NCBI GenBank assembly: GCA_046735395.1
Contig: JBJKQR010000078.1
Location: forward strand, 1 to 64,000
Reading direction: 5' to 3'
Length of the DNA stretch: 64,000 nt
DNA from: Fidelibacterota bacterium
GTDB taxonomy: Bacteria > Fidelibacterota > Fidelibacteria > Fidelibacterales > DSDE01
Shown here: piece by piece, positions 1-10,434 of the stretch
Numbering within the stretch: position 1 is the first letter of the stretch
Layout: each line of letters begins with the position of its first letter
Notes under the pieces: model-generated
What the model saw: only the letters and a program-made list of their open reading frames with translations
The model's database searches: none
What the model was told of the DNA's origin: nothing
Position numbers and translations under genes: made by a program

Positions 1-124
1 CGACAATATCAATATCACGGTTGGGCTGATCGCCCCCATCGCCATGGAAAAGGAACTGCGCTTCGCCATCCGCGAAGGCGGCCGTACCGTTGGTGCCGGT
101 GTTGTCACTGAAATCATTGAATAA
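1..124 (+). CDS. tuf: Elongation factor Tu, C-terminal fragment (5' partial)
   Basis: Frame from base 2 reads ...[32 protein letters not shown], the EF-Tu C-terminus; directly precedes rpsJ. Confidence 0.97.
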   Translation, partial: DNINITVGLIAPIAMEKELRFAIREGGRTVGAGVVTEIIE

Positions 125-139
125 GGAATTATAATTACA

Positions 140-448
140 ATGGCTGGACAAAAAATACGCATCGCACTGAAATCCTATGATCATAATCTCCTGGACAGTT
201 CCACGGAAAAGATCGTGCAGCGTGCAAAGGCTACGGGAGCCGTTATTTCTGGTCCCATCCCGCTGCCTACCAAACGCTCCGTCTACACTGTCCTGAGATC
301 GCCCCACGTCAATAAAAAGTCGCGGGAGCAGTTCCAGATTAAAGTGCATAAGAGAATAGTTGAAATCCTTAACACTACGACAAAAACTATCGATGAACTA
401 ATGAAATTAGATCTTCCAGCAGGCGTAGATATAGAAATAAAGGTTTAA
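140..448 (+). CDS. rpsJ: 30S ribosomal protein S10
   Basis: GPIPLPT and [13 protein letters not shown] motifs; operon position. Confidence 0.98.
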   Translation: MAGQKIRIALKSYDHNLLDSSTEKIVQRAKATGAVISGPIPLPTKRSVYTVLRSPHVNKKSREQFQIKVHKRIVEILNTTTKTIDELMKLDLPAGVDIEIKV

Positions 449-451
449 GTC

Positions 452-1075
452 GTGAGCGGAATAATAGGTAAAAAAATAGGTATGACCCGGATCTTTGATG
501 AATCCGGCGAAAATATCCCGGTGACAGTTGTTGAAGCCGGACCCTGTTATGTAACTCAGATCAAGACCGATGAATCGGACGGCTACACAGCTGTCCAGCT
601 TGGTTTTGAAGAGAAACGCGAGGTCCTTTTCAACAAACCCCAACTGGGACATCTGAAAAAATCCGGCAAGATGCTGTCAACATTGAAGGAATTTAAAAAC
701 ATCGATGTTGCGGAAATGAAGGTCGGGGACATGATCGATGTCAGCACATTCAAAGCAGGTGATATCGTTGCCGTAACGGGCAAATCCATCGGTAAAGGAT
801 TTCAGGGCGGTGTAAAGCGCCATGGATTCGCCGGCGGACCCAAAACCCATGGTCAGAGCGACCGTCTGAGAGCCCCCGGTTCCATCGGTGCCAGTTCCGA
901 CCCCAGCCGTGTCTGGAAAGGCCTGAGAATGGCCGGTCATATGGGTAACCGTACCGTTACTGTTCGCAACCTGCAGGTTGTCAGTGTCGACAAGGAGAAG
1001 AATCTGCTTCTGCTCCGGGGAGCAGTTCCCGGTTCAAGAAACGGAATACTCCGCATCGTGAAGGTAGAGGATTGA
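452..1075 (+). CDS. rplC: 50S ribosomal protein L3
   Basis: GKKIGMT, GKGFQGGVKRH and MAGHMG motifs; GTG start. Confidence 0.98.
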   Translation: MSGIIGKKIGMTRIFDESGENIPVTVVEAGPCYVTQIKTDESDGYTAVQLGFEEKREVLFNKPQLGHLKKSGKMLSTLKEFKNIDVAEMKVGDMIDVSTFKAGDIVAVTGKSIGKGFQGGVKRHGFAGGPKTHGQSDRLRAPGSIGASSDPSRVWKGLRMAGHMGNRTVTVRNLQVVSVDKEKNLLLLRGAVPGSRNGILRIVKVED

Positions 1076-1076
1076 G

Positions 1077-1706
1077 ATGAAAATAGACGTAATACAGATG
1101 GACGGTAATAAAGCGGAAAATTCCATCGAGCTGAACGCGGGGATCTTCGGAATTGAACCGAATGATCATTGCATTGCTCTGGCTGTCAAGGCAGAACTGG
1201 CCAATATCCGCCAGGGAACGCACAAGGCAAAGACCAAGGGCGAAGTCAGCGGCGGCGGAAAGAAACCCTGGCGTCAGAAAGGCCGTGGAACGGCTCGCTC
1301 CGGTTCCTCCAGGTCTCCGGTCTGGGTTGGTGGTGGTGCCGTCTTCGGACCGGTTCCCCGCTCCTATAAACTCAAGCTCAACCGCAAGGTGAAGAAGCTG
1401 GCTCGTAAAAGTGCCCTGGCCTACAAGGCACAGAACCAGAATCTGATTGTAGTTGATCAGATTGCCGTGGAAAACGGCAAGACAAAGGACTTTGTATCCA
1501 TTCTGAAGAATCTGGGTCTGGAAGGCCGTAAAATCACCGTTCTGGTGAATGAGCTCGACGAAAAGCTCTATCTGGCCTCCAGAAATATCCACAATGTCTG
1601 GGTTCTGGAAGCACAGTATGCCTCCACCTATGACATCATGGACTGCGAGATTCTCGTCATGGACACAGCTTCGGTCGAAACCTTGAGCTCCATGCTGGAA
1701 ATTTAG
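1077..1706 (+). CDS. rplD: 50S ribosomal protein L4
   Basis: RQGTHKAKTKGEVSGGGKKPWRQKG motif. Confidence 0.98.
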   Translation: MKIDVIQMDGNKAENSIELNAGIFGIEPNDHCIALAVKAELANIRQGTHKAKTKGEVSGGGKKPWRQKGRGTARSGSSRSPVWVGGGAVFGPVPRSYKLKLNRKVKKLARKSALAYKAQNQNLIVVDQIAVENGKTKDFVSILKNLGLEGRKITVLVNELDEKLYLASRNIHNVWVLEAQYASTYDIMDCEILVMDTASVETLSSMLEI

Positions 1707-1715
1707 GAGAGAAGA

Positions 1716-2039
1716 ATGGGACAAAGTGAAAAACGAGTGATTGTTCGCCCCATCATCACCGAAAAGATGACAGCATTGGGCGAAACTGAGAGAAAATATG
1801 CCTTTCAGGTTGCCAAGGACGCCAATAAACTTGAAATCAAGAAGGCGGTTGAAGACCGCTTCGAGGTGAAAGTGACGAACGTGGCAACACTGGGCCAGAA
1901 AGGGAAATCAAAGTCCCTCACAGTACGTAGTGGCGGCAAAGTCATCCGGACGGCGGGAAAACGCTCGAACTGGAAGAAAGCTATCGTCACATTGCGGGAC
2001 GGGGATGCCATCGATCTGCTCGAAGGCGAAACAGTATAA
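1716..2039 (+). CDS. rplW: 50S ribosomal protein L23
   Basis: RPIITEK, ANKLEIKKAVE and WKKAIVTL motifs. Confidence 0.97.
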   Translation: MGQSEKRVIVRPIITEKMTALGETERKYAFQVAKDANKLEIKKAVEDRFEVKVTNVATLGQKGKSKSLTVRSGGKVIRTAGKRSNWKKAIVTLRDGDAIDLLEGETV

Positions 2040-2054
2040 AAGGAATCATGTAGA

Positions 2055-2882
2055 ATGCCCCTCAAAAGCTACAAACCGCACACTCCGGGACTTCGTGAGA
2101 AAACCACACTGGATTTCAGCGAACTGACCCGGAAGGACCCGGAAAAATCACTGACGAGGTCCAAAAGCAAAAAAGCCGGCCGTAATAACAATGGCCGCAT
2201 TACCATGCGCAGACGCGGCGGCGGACACAAACAGAAATATCGTGTAATCGATTTTCGTCGGAATAAATTTGATATTCCGGCAAAAGTGGCTGCCATCGAA
2301 TACGATCCCAACCGCTCTGCCAATATTGCGCTTCTCTTCTATGTAGATGGTGAAAAAAGGTATATCCTGGCTCCCGCCGGACTGAAAGTCGGCGATGTCA
2401 TCGTCTCCGGAGAGAACGTGGAAATCCGTGTCGGAAATGCTCTTCCTCTCAAGAATATTCCTGCCGGTGCCCTGGTCCATAATATCGAAATGAAACCCGG
2501 AAAGGGCGGCCAGATCGCCCGCGGTGCCGGAGCAAAAGCCCAGATCATGGCAAAGGAAGGGAACTATGTGACCCTGAAGCTGCCGAGTGGTGAAATGCGG
2601 ATGGTGCTCGAAAACTGCTATGCTACGCTGGGTGAAATCGGGAACAAGGACCATTCGAATGTTACTCTTGGAAAAGCCGGACGCACACGCTGGCTGGGAC
2701 GCCGTCCCAAGGTTCGCGGTGTGGTCATGAATCCCGTCGACCATCCTATGGGCGGTGGTGAAGGAAAGACCTCCGGTGGCGGCCATCCCAGAACACCCTG
2801 GGGCAAGCCGACCAAAGGGTACAAGACCCGGAAAAAGAAGAATCCGTCTGATAAGTTTATTGTCAGCCGGCGTAAAAAGTAA
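2055..2882 (+). CDS. rplB: 50S ribosomal protein L2
   Basis: [12 protein letters not shown] and [13 protein letters not shown] motifs. Confidence 0.98.
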   Translation: MPLKSYKPHTPGLREKTTLDFSELTRKDPEKSLTRSKSKKAGRNNNGRITMRRRGGGHKQKYRVIDFRRNKFDIPAKVAAIEYDPNRSANIALLFYVDGEKRYILAPAGLKVGDVIVSGENVEIRVGNALPLKNIPAGALVHNIEMKPGKGGQIARGAGAKAQIMAKEGNYVTLKLPSGEMRMVLENCYATLGEIGNKDHSNVTLGKAGRTRWLGRRPKVRGVVMNPVDHPMGGGEGKTSGGGHPRTPWGKPTKGYKTRKKKNPSDKFIVSRRKK

Positions 2883-2892
2883 GGAATGAAGC

Positions 2893-3162
2893 ATGGCTAG
2901 ATCACTTAAAAAAGGCCCTTACATCGATGCTAATCTCGAGAAACAGGTGGAAGTCCTGGTCAAATCCGGAAAAAAACGGGTTCTCAAGACCTGGGCTCGC
3001 AATTCCACGATTCCCCCTGAATTCGTCGGATTAACGTTTGCTGTGCACAACGGAAATAAATTTATCCCTGTTTATGTAACCGAAAACATGGTCGGACACA
3101 AACTGGGAGAATTCGCTCCGACCCGGACCTACCGTGGCCACGGCGCAGATAAAAAGAGATAA
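2893..3162 (+). CDS. rpsS: 30S ribosomal protein S19
   Basis: [10 protein letters not shown] and [13 protein letters not shown] motifs. Confidence 0.98.
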   Translation: MARSLKKGPYIDANLEKQVEVLVKSGKKRVLKTWARNSTIPPEFVGLTFAVHNGNKFIPVYVTENMVGHKLGEFAPTRTYRGHGADKKR

Positions 3163-3170
3163 GGGGTGAC

Positions 3171-3545
3171 ATGGAAGCACAAGCAGTCAATAAATACATT
3201 CACCAGAGCGCGAAGAAAATCAAGCCCATGCTTGATCTCGTTCGCGGAAAACGCGTCGATTACGCTCTGAATACGCTTCACTTTATGCCCAAAAAAGCGG
3301 CCAAACTTATCGAAATGACCATTCGGTCTGCTGTGGCCAATTTCATCAATACGGATGAGGGAACGAAAGTGAATCCCGAAGAACTCTATGTCAAGACCGT
3401 GTTTGTCAACCAGGGGCCGACCGCAAAACGTATACAGCCCCGGTCAATGGGACGGGCTTACAGAATTAGAAAACGGACCAGCCACCTCACCGTCGTTGTG
3501 GCTCTTCCGGAAGTCAATGTCAGTGACACGAAAGAAAAGGAGTAA
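3171..3545 (+). CDS. rplV: 50S ribosomal protein L22
   Basis: KRIQPRSMGRAYRIRKRTSHLTV motif. Confidence 0.97.
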   Translation: MEAQAVNKYIHQSAKKIKPMLDLVRGKRVDYALNTLHFMPKKAAKLIEMTIRSAVANFINTDEGTKVNPEELYVKTVFVNQGPTAKRIQPRSMGRAYRIRKRTSHLTVVVALPEVNVSDTKEKE

Positions 3546-3548
3546 ATT

Positions 3549-4178
3549 TTGGGTCAGAAAACACATCCATACGGCTTTCGTCTTGGAATCACTAAAGGTT
3601 GGCTTTCTAACTGGTTTGATGAAAGAAATTTTGCCGGAAAACTTTCCGAAGATCTCATGCTTCGCAAATATATCCGCAAACGTCTTGAAAAGGGCGGCGT
3701 TTCAAAAATCGATATCCAGAGAACAACAAAACTGATTACTGTCACGGTCCATGCCTCACGGCCCGGTATTGTCATCGGAGTCAAGGGCAAGGAAGTCGAC
3801 CTTCTTCGTGAAGAGGTGAGGAAACTGACCCAGGCCGATGTGCAGGTAAACGTGACGGAAATTAAAAAACCTGAACTGGATGCATATCTTGTCGGTGACA
3901 ATATTGCCCAGCAGCTGGTCCGCAAGATCAGCTACCGCCGTGCGGTGAAACGGGCGATTCAGAGCACCATGAGAATGGGAGCCGAAGGAATCAGAATCCA
4001 AGTATCCGGAAGACTGGGCGGTGCAGAAATGGCCCGGCGCGAAACCTATCGCGAAGGCCGTGTTCCGCTGCATACCCTCAGATCCGATATCGATTATGCT
4101 TCTGTTACCGCTTTCACCACCTACGGATGCATCGGAATCAAAGTGTGGCTTTGTAACGGCATCGTTTACACGAATTAA
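3549..4178 (+). CDS. rpsC: 30S ribosomal protein S3
   Basis: MGQKTHPYGFRLG and GRVPLHTLR motifs; TTG start. Confidence 0.98.
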   Translation: MGQKTHPYGFRLGITKGWLSNWFDERNFAGKLSEDLMLRKYIRKRLEKGGVSKIDIQRTTKLITVTVHASRPGIVIGVKGKEVDLLREEVRKLTQADVQVNVTEIKKPELDAYLVGDNIAQQLVRKISYRRAVKRAIQSTMRMGAEGIRIQVSGRLGGAEMARRETYREGRVPLHTLRSDIDYASVTAFTTYGCIGIKVWLCNGIVYTN

Positions 4179-4198
4179 GAAAAGTGGAGTAAAATCTA

Positions 4199-4618
4199 AT
4201 GTTAATGCCGCGTAAAGTAAAGTACCGTCGCCAGCACCGGGGAAGAATGTCCGGGAACGCGATGAGAGGCAATTCAGTGGACTTCGGCCAGTATGGTCTG
4301 AAAGCACTGGATTCCTCATGGATTACCAGCCGTCAGATTGAAGCTGCCCGTATTGCAATTTCCAGAGTCGTCAGAAAACACGGGAAAATGTGGATCCGTA
4401 TCTTTCCCCATAAGCCCGTGACCAAAAAACCTGCCGAAACCCGCCAGGGTAAAGGTAAGGGAAGCCCCGAATTCTGGGTCGCCGTCGTGAAACGCGGTAC
4501 CATCCTTTTCGAGGTGGAGGGCGTTACCGAGGAAATGGCCAAGGAAGCTTTCAGACTGGCAACTCACAAGCTGCCTATTAAAGCGAAGCTCGTCAGCAGA
4601 AGAGAATTTGGAGGGTAA
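4199..4618 (+). CDS. rplP: 50S ribosomal protein L16
   Basis: RQIEAARIA and [24 protein letters not shown] motifs. Confidence 0.98.
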   Translation: MLMPRKVKYRRQHRGRMSGNAMRGNSVDFGQYGLKALDSSWITSRQIEAARIAISRVVRKHGKMWIRIFPHKPVTKKPAETRQGKGKGSPEFWVAVVKRGTILFEVEGVTEEMAKEAFRLATHKLPIKAKLVSRREFGG

Positions 4619-4620
4619 TC

Positions 4621-4824
4621 ATGCTGTCTAAGAATCAAATGCAGGAATTGACGAGGGAAGAAGCGGAAATTAAACTGAAGGACAGCCGGGATGCTCTCAT
4701 GAATCTCCGGTTTCAGCACGCGCTTCAGCAGTTGGATGATCCCTTGAAAATTCGCAACGTCAAAAGAGAGATCGCACAGCTTAAAACCCTGATTCGGGAA
4801 CTCGAATTGGGTAAGAGAAAGTGA
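4621..4824 (+). CDS. rpmC: 50S ribosomal protein L29
   Basis: LMNLRFQ...IRNVKREIAQLKT; operon position. Confidence 0.95.
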   Translation: MLSKNQMQELTREEAEIKLKDSRDALMNLRFQHALQQLDDPLKIRNVKREIAQLKTLIRELELGKRK

Positions 4825-4836
4825 TGGAGATTTAGA

Positions 4837-5097
4837 ATGAGCTATAGCAACCGTAAGACAGTTATCGGTCAGGTCGTCAGCAATAGCATGGACAAGAGCA
4901 TTGTTGTCCAGATTAACCGCAGACTGAAACACCCTGCCTATGGTAAGTACATCAGCAAATCGGCGAAATTCGTCGCACATGATGAAAATAACGAATGCCA
5001 GGTCGGGGATATGGTTAAAATCATCGAATCAAGACCTCTGAGTAAAACGAAAAGATGGCGCTTAGTTGAAGTCGTTTCAAAAGTTGAGATTATCTAA
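4837..5097 (+). CDS. rpsQ: 30S ribosomal protein S17
   Basis: [14 protein letters not shown] and [11 protein letters not shown] motifs. Confidence 0.97.
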   Translation: MSYSNRKTVIGQVVSNSMDKSIVVQINRRLKHPAYGKYISKSAKFVAHDENNECQVGDMVKIIESRPLSKTKRWRLVEVVSKVEII

Positions 5098-5123
5098 AAT
5101 CATTCTGTGAAAGGCAAAAGTCA

Positions 5124-5492
5124 ATGATTCAAGTCGAAACTAAACTAAGGGTTGCCGATAATACCGGAGCAAAAGTTGTTCAGTGTATTAAGGTACTTGG
5201 CGGGTCAAAACGTCGTTATGCCTCTGTCGGCGACATCATTGTCGTCGCTGTCAAACAGGCAATACCCGGCGGTACAGCAAAAAAGAGCGATGTTTCCCAT
5301 GCTGTCGTCGTCAGAACCAAGAAGGAAGTCGGCCGCAAGGACGGTTCCTATATCCGTTTTGATGAAAATGCCGCCGTCCTGATTGACAAGCAGGGCGAAC
5401 CGCGGGGAACCCGTATCTTCGGTCCCGTTGCCAGAGAACTTCGTGAAAAACAATTCATGAAGATTGTCTCAATGGCACCGGAAGTATTATAA
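5124..5492 (+). CDS. rplN: 50S ribosomal protein L14
   Basis: VADNTGAK and [13 protein letters not shown] motifs. Confidence 0.98.
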   Translation: MIQVETKLRVADNTGAKVVQCIKVLGGSKRRYASVGDIIVVAVKQAIPGGTAKKSDVSHAVVVRTKKEVGRKDGSYIRFDENAAVLIDKQGEPRGTRIFGPVARELREKQFMKIVSMAPEVL

Positions 5493-5505
5493 GGAGATGG
5501 ATGCC

Positions 5506-5820
5506 GTGCATGTAAAGAAAAATGACAACGTGAAAGTTATCGCCGGAAAAGATCGCGGCCGCCAGGGTAAGATTCTCAAGGTCTTCCCCAATACAAACCG
5601 CGTCATTATTGAAGGGGTTAACCTTGTAAAACGTCATACGAAACCAAACCAAGCAAATCCACAGGGCGGTATTGTGGAAAAGGAAGCGCCGATTCATGCT
5701 TCCAATGTCATGCTGCTCGTCGGGAACGAAGGGACCCGGACCGGAATCAGATTTCTGAACGACGGCAAAAAGGTCCGCTTCGCCAAGAAAACCGGTGAAA
5801 TTGTGGATGAAGGGAAATAA
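5506..5820 (+). CDS. rplX: 50S ribosomal protein L24
   Basis: KOW motif [13 protein letters not shown] and [14 protein letters not shown] start at 5506 chosen from the AGGAG SD spacing (ATG 5497 is an alternative). Confidence 0.95.
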   Translation: MHVKKNDNVKVIAGKDRGRQGKILKVFPNTNRVIIEGVNLVKRHTKPNQANPQGGIVEKEAPIHASNVMLLVGNEGTRTGIRFLNDGKKVRFAKKTGEIVDEGK

Positions 5821-5826
5821 GACGAC

Positions 5827-6396
5827 ATGAGTTACGTACCCAGATTATCGGAAAAATATAAAGCTGAGGTTATTCCTCATCTGAAAGAACGCTTCGGTTA
5901 CGATAACGTGATGGAAGTGCCCAAGATCCAGAAGATATCTGTCAGTGTCGGCCTGGGAAACGCAAAGGAAGATCCGAATCAGATTGAAAACAGCGTGAAT
6001 GACATTCAGCTGATTACGGGTCAGAAAGTGGTCGTGACCCGCGCCAAGAAGGCCATCAGTAATTTCAAGATCAGACAAAATGATCCTGTTGGTGTTCGGG
6101 TTACCCTCCGCCGTGCTATGATGTATGATTTTCTGGACAGACTGATCAATGTGGCAATTCCCCGTATTCGTGACTTCAATGGCATGTCCAACAAGTCTTT
6201 CGATGGGAGAGGTAGCTACAGTTTCGGTCTGAAAGAGCAAATCATTTTCCCGGAAATCAATTATGATAAGGTTGATAAGGTCCGGGGAATGAATATCACA
6301 ATCACTACGAGTGCTAAGACAGACCAGGAAGCCTATGAATTGCTGGCTGCCTTCGGATTTCCATTCCGTAAAGCAGCAGACAAAAAGAAGGATTAA
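5827..6396 (+). CDS. rplE: 50S ribosomal protein L5
   Basis: [21 protein letters not shown] and PRIRDFNG motifs. Confidence 0.98.
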   Translation: MSYVPRLSEKYKAEVIPHLKERFGYDNVMEVPKIQKISVSVGLGNAKEDPNQIENSVNDIQLITGQKVVVTRAKKAISNFKIRQNDPVGVRVTLRRAMMYDFLDRLINVAIPRIRDFNGMSNKSFDGRGSYSFGLKEQIIFPEINYDKVDKVRGMNITITTSAKTDQEAYELLAAFGFPFRKAADKKKD

Positions 6397-6403
6397 ACCA
6401 CTC

Positions 6404-6589
6404 ATGGCAAAAAAGTCGTTAATAGCCAAAGCCAAGCGCGAACCCAAATTTTCAACCCGGGCTTATACCCGTTGTTCGATTTGTGGACGACCCAAAGCGG
6501 TCTATCGTAAATTCGGCCTGTGCCGTATTTGTTTTCGTGAACTGGCTTTACGGGGAGAAATTCCCGGAATAACCAAGGCAAGTTGGTAG
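6404..6589 (+). CDS. rpsN: 30S ribosomal protein S14, zinc-binding type Z (61 aa)
   Basis: MAKKSLIAK...CSICGRP...CRICFRE...KASW; the ATG at 6404 lies inside the longer track ORF. Confidence 0.96.
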   Translation: MAKKSLIAKAKREPKFSTRAYTRCSICGRPKAVYRKFGLCRICFRELALRGEIPGITKASW

Positions 6590-6600
6590 AGGGAAATATT

Positions 6601-6996
6601 ATGATTACAGATCCAATTGCTGATTTTTTAACCAGAATTCGTAATGCCAGCCGGGTCAACCACCGCTGGGTAGAAGTCCCTGCTTCCAAGCTCAAGGCCC
6701 GCATGGCTTTCCTTTTGAAAAAGGAAGGATTCATCAAGGACGTTATCCTCATCGATGACGGCAAACAGGGAATACTCCGGCTCTATCTCAAATATCAGAA
6801 GGATGGAGCTCCGGTAATTCTCGATCTGCAGCGGGTCAGCACTCCCGGACGCAGAATTTATGTTAACCATACCAATATTCCCCGTGTCAGAAACGGCCTG
6901 GGCGTCGGTATCCTGTCCACCTCTCAGGGTGTGATTACGGATAAGGAAGCCCGTACCCGCAAAGTCGGCGGTGAATATCTGTGTAAAGTATGGTAA
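6601..6996 (+). CDS. rpsH: 30S ribosomal protein S8
   Basis: [16 protein letters not shown] and ILSTSQGV motifs; ATG 6601. Confidence 0.97.
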   Translation: MITDPIADFLTRIRNASRVNHRWVEVPASKLKARMAFLLKKEGFIKDVILIDDGKQGILRLYLKYQKDGAPVILDLQRVSTPGRRIYVNHTNIPRVRNGLGVGILSTSQGVITDKEARTRKVGGEYLCKVW

Positions 6997-7008
6997 AGGA
7001 GCGCTGAT

Positions 7009-7548
7009 ATGTCAAGAATAGGAAAAATGCCCATCGAACTTCCCAAAGGCGTCAGCGCCACCGTGAAGGACAGCGTCGTTACCGTAAAAGGGCCCAAGGG
7101 GGAATTGTCACAGGCCTACCGCGAAGGTATCACCGTCAATGTTGACGGATCGACCATCGTCGTGACCCGTGCGGATGATTCCCGTGAACAGAAAGCTCTG
7201 CACGGCCTGACACGCTCCCTGATCTCCAACATGGTTACCGGGTGTAATGAAGGCTTCAAGAAACAGCTCGAAATCCAGGGGGTCGGCTACTCGGTTGAAA
7301 TGAGAGGCAACAAACTCTTTTTCAGCCTGGGATATTCCCACCAGATCCTCCTTGATGCACCCAATGGTATCAGCTATGAAGTGGGTAAGGGAAATATCAT
7401 CACCGTCAACGGAATTGACAAGCAGCAGGTCGGCGCCGTCGCGGCCCAGATCCGTAAACTGCGTCCGCCCGAACCCTACAAGGGAAAAGGCGTTCGCTAC
7501 TCTAACGAAATTGTCCGCCGCAAAGCCGGTAAAGCTGTTAAGAAATAA
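7009..7548 (+). CDS. rplF: 50S ribosomal protein L6
   Basis: MSRIGKMPI and RPPEPYKGKGVRY motifs. Confidence 0.98.
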   Translation: MSRIGKMPIELPKGVSATVKDSVVTVKGPKGELSQAYREGITVNVDGSTIVVTRADDSREQKALHGLTRSLISNMVTGCNEGFKKQLEIQGVGYSVEMRGNKLFFSLGYSHQILLDAPNGISYEVGKGNIITVNGIDKQQVGAVAAQIRKLRPPEPYKGKGVRYSNEIVRRKAGKAVKK

Positions 7549-7560
7549 GGATTGACTAAG

Positions 7561-7932
7561 ATGAGTAATAAACTTTTATCAAAGCATGATATCCGCCGGA
7601 AGAAAAAGGTTCGGATCCGGAAGAAGATCAACGGAACACCGGAAAGGCCCAGACTGGTTGTCTATCGCAGTAACAAGCACTTCAGTGCCCAGATTATTGA
7701 TGACACCACCCATCTGGTTCTGGTTTCCGCCGATTCCTTCTCCAAGGATCTGGCCAAGGAAATCGGGGATAAGAACAAAACCGAAAAAAGTCTTGCCGTT
7801 GGAAAACGTATTGCCGCTCTCGCTCTTGAAAAAAATATCAAGGAAGTCGTGTTTGACCGGAACGGATACATCTATCACGGAAGAATTAAAGCTTTTGCCG
7901 ATGCGAGTCGCGAAGGCGGATTAATATTCTAA
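7561..7932 (+). CDS. rplR: 50S ribosomal protein L18
   Basis: RPRLVVYRSNKH and VVFDRNGYIYHGRI motifs; ATG 7561. Confidence 0.97.
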   Translation: MSNKLLSKHDIRRKKKVRIRKKINGTPERPRLVVYRSNKHFSAQIIDDTTHLVLVSADSFSKDLAKEIGDKNKTEKSLAVGKRIAALALEKNIKEVVFDRNGYIYHGRIKAFADASREGGLIF

Positions 7933-7947
7933 TAGAGGGAGACGATT

Positions 7948-8451
7948 TTGAAGACAATAAATCCGTCTGAATTAGAATTAAAAGACGAAAAAGTAGTAAA
8001 GATCAACCGCGTTTCCAAAGCGGCAACCGGTGGACGGCGTTTCTCCTTTAATGCGATTGTGGTCGTAGGTGACGGAAAAGGCCACGTGGGTATCGGCCTC
8101 GGCAAAGCCAAGGAAGTGACCTCAGCCATCAACAAGGCCCGGGAAGATGCGAAGAAGAATATTATTCACGTTCCCATTATCAAGGGGACCATCCCCTTCG
8201 GTATTACCGCCAAGTATGGTGCCGGCAAGGTCGTTCTGAAACCTGCCAGCCCGGGTACGGGAATTATCGCCGGCGGCCCTGTCCGGGCCATCATGGAACA
8301 GGTCGGCGTACATGATATTCTCTCCAAGTCCCTCGGCAGTACCAATGCCCATAACATCGTCAAAGCAACGATGGAAGGCCTGAAAGCGCTGGAAGATGCC
8401 TATGCAACGGCCCGACGCCGCGATATCAGCCTGAAGGAGGTTTTCAACTAA
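7948..8451 (+). CDS. rpsE: 30S ribosomal protein S5
   Basis: INRVSK..GGRRFSF and [14 protein letters not shown] motifs; TTG start. Confidence 0.98.
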   Translation: MKTINPSELELKDEKVVKINRVSKAATGGRRFSFNAIVVVGDGKGHVGIGLGKAKEVTSAINKAREDAKKNIIHVPIIKGTIPFGITAKYGAGKVVLKPASPGTGIIAGGPVRAIMEQVGVHDILSKSLGSTNAHNIVKATMEGLKALEDAYATARRRDISLKEVFN

Positions 8452-8452
8452 G

Positions 8453-8653
8453 ATGGCAGCAAAAAAACAGACATTACTCAAGATCACCCAGATTAAAAGC
8501 ACCATCGGCTACCGGGAACGGACTAAAAAGACGATGGCGGCTCTGGGTCTCGGAAAAATCAGAAAGACAGTAACACAGCAAGATAATCCTGCGATCCGGG
8601 GCATGCTGCGTATGGTAGAACACCTGGTTCGGGTAGAGGAGGTAAATGCGTAA
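8453..8653 (+). CDS. rpmD: 50S ribosomal protein L30
   Basis: LKITQIKSTIG...ALGL...DNPAIRGM. Confidence 0.96.
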   Translation: MAAKKQTLLKITQIKSTIGYRERTKKTMAALGLGKIRKTVTQQDNPAIRGMLRMVEHLVRVEEVNA

Positions 8654-9093
8654 TGGATTTATCAACACTTAGTCCGGCTCCCAATTCGACCAAAAAGACC
8701 AAACGCCGCGGACGCGGGGAAGGCAGTGGAAACGGTTGTACCGCAGGACGCGGAAACAAGGGAGCTTTTTCCCGTACCGGTTCGAAGCACCATCCCTGGT
8801 TTGAAGGCGGCCAGATGCCGCTGCAGAGACGTGTCCCCAAACGCGGTTTTTCAAACGCCCGTTTCCGTCAGGAATTTCAGATTGTAAACGTGGCTGATCT
8901 GGAAATTGTCACAGAAGATGTTGTTACTGCCCAGACCCTCGTACATTACGGTCTGGTAAAGAAGGCAACGGAACCTGTCAAGATTCTCGGAAACGGAGAA
9001 TTGACAAAAAAGCTGGAAGTTACAGCAGATGCTTTCAGCCAGTCAGCCCGCGAAAAAATTGAAAAAGCCGGCGGAAAGGCCATTGAACTATGA
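8653..9093 (+). CDS. rplO: 50S ribosomal protein L15
   Basis: RGRGEGSG and FEGGQMPLQRRVPKRGF motifs. Confidence 0.98.
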   Translation: MDLSTLSPAPNSTKKTKRRGRGEGSGNGCTAGRGNKGAFSRTGSKHHPWFEGGQMPLQRRVPKRGFSNARFRQEFQIVNVADLEIVTEDVVTAQTLVHYGLVKKATEPVKILGNGELTKKLEVTADAFSQSAREKIEKAGGKAIEL

Positions 9094-10427
9094 TACAGAG
9101 CTTTCGTTCGATCTTCAAGATTCACGAACTTCGGGAACGCATTCTCTTCACTGTTCTCATTCTCTTCATCTACAGGCTTGGCGGCCATATTCCCATTCCG
9201 GGCATTGACAGCTACGCTCTTGGGATTGCGGTGAAAAGCTTCCAGAATACCTTGCTGGGATTGTACGATATGTTTGCCGGTGGCGCATTCCGTAAAGCAA
9301 CGGTTTTTGCCCTCGGAATTATGCCCTACATCAGCGCGAGCATTATCTTCCAGCTCCTCGGTGCGGTATTTCCCTACTTCCAGAGACTTCAGAAGGAAGG
9401 TGAGGAAGGCCAGAAGAAACTGACTCAGCTGACTCGATATGGAACCGTCGGTATCTCTGCTCTTCAGGGTTATGGCGTTGCCATCTTCCTGCAGAATATG
9501 AATGCCGGAAGCTCCGGGGCACCTCTGCCCGTCGTACCGCATCCCGGTATCGGCTTCATTCTGCTGACCATGCTGACTCTGGTTGCCGGAACCATCTTCA
9601 TTATGTGGCTCGGTGAGCAGATTACGGAACGCGGAATCGGGAACGGAATTTCCCTCATCATCATGATCGGTATCATGGCTCGCTTCCCCAATGTTATCAT
9701 GAAGGAAGTGACCCTTATCGGACAGGGTGTGAAAGGTGTCTTCGGTGAATTGATTCTTGTCGGCCTGATGGTGATTGTCATCGGATTCGTCATTTATCTG
9801 ACCCAGGGTACCCGGAAAATCCCCGTTCAGTATGCCAAACGCGTGATCGGACGCAAGGTGTACGGCGGCCAGTCCACCAATATTCCTCTTCGAGTGAATA
9901 CGGCCGGCGTCATGCCCATCATCTTTGCCCAGTCCCTCATGTTCATCCCCAGCACCATCACGACTTTCGTCGGAGATGTGGAGTGGCTCCAGTCTGCCAT
10001 GAGAATGTTCAACATTGATTCATGGGTCTACTGGCTGTTCTATTCCCTGCTCATCGTTTTCTTCACGTACTTCTATACAGCCATCGCCTTCAATCCCGTC
10101 GAGGTGGCCGACAATATGAAGAAACACGGCGGATTTATCCCTGGTGTCCGGCCCGGTAGGAAGACTGCTGATTACATCGACAATATTCTTACCCGGGTTA
10201 CGCTGCCCGGATCCTTCGCTCTGGCCATTGTCGCCATCATCCCCTATATCCTTATGAAGGTGATGAAAATCGATTATGATCTGGCCAGCTTCTTCGGCGG
10301 AACCTCTCTGCTCATTATCGTGGGCGTTGCCCTTGATACACTGCAGCAGATCGAGTCCCATCTCATTTCCCGGCATTATGAAGGATTCATGAAATCCGGA
10401 AAAATCCGGGGCCGGAGACGTTTCTGA
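9090..10427 (+). CDS. secY: Preprotein translocase subunit SecY
   Basis: ALGIMPYISASII, GIGNGISL, IPGVRPG and GGTSLLI motifs; multiple TM helices. Confidence 0.98.
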   Translation: MIQSFRSIFKIHELRERILFTVLILFIYRLGGHIPIPGIDSYALGIAVKSFQNTLLGLYDMFAGGAFRKATVFALGIMPYISASIIFQLLGAVFPYFQRLQKEGEEGQKKLTQLTRYGTVGISALQGYGVAIFLQNMNAGSSGAPLPVVPHPGIGFILLTMLTLVAGTIFIMWLGEQITERGIGNGISLIIMIGIMARFPNVIMKEVTLIGQGVKGVFGELILVGLMVIVIGFVIYLTQGTRKIPVQYAKRVIGRKVYGGQSTNIPLRVNTAGVMPIIFAQSLMFIPSTITTFVGDVEWLQSAMRMFNIDSWVYWLFYSLLIVFFTYFYTAIAFNPVEVADNMKKHGGFIPGVRPGRKTADYIDNILTRVTLPGSFALAIVAIIPYILMKVMKIDYDLASFFGGTSLLIIVGVALDTLQQIESHLISRHYEGFMKSGKIRGRRRF

Positions 10428-10434
10428 ACGGTGT

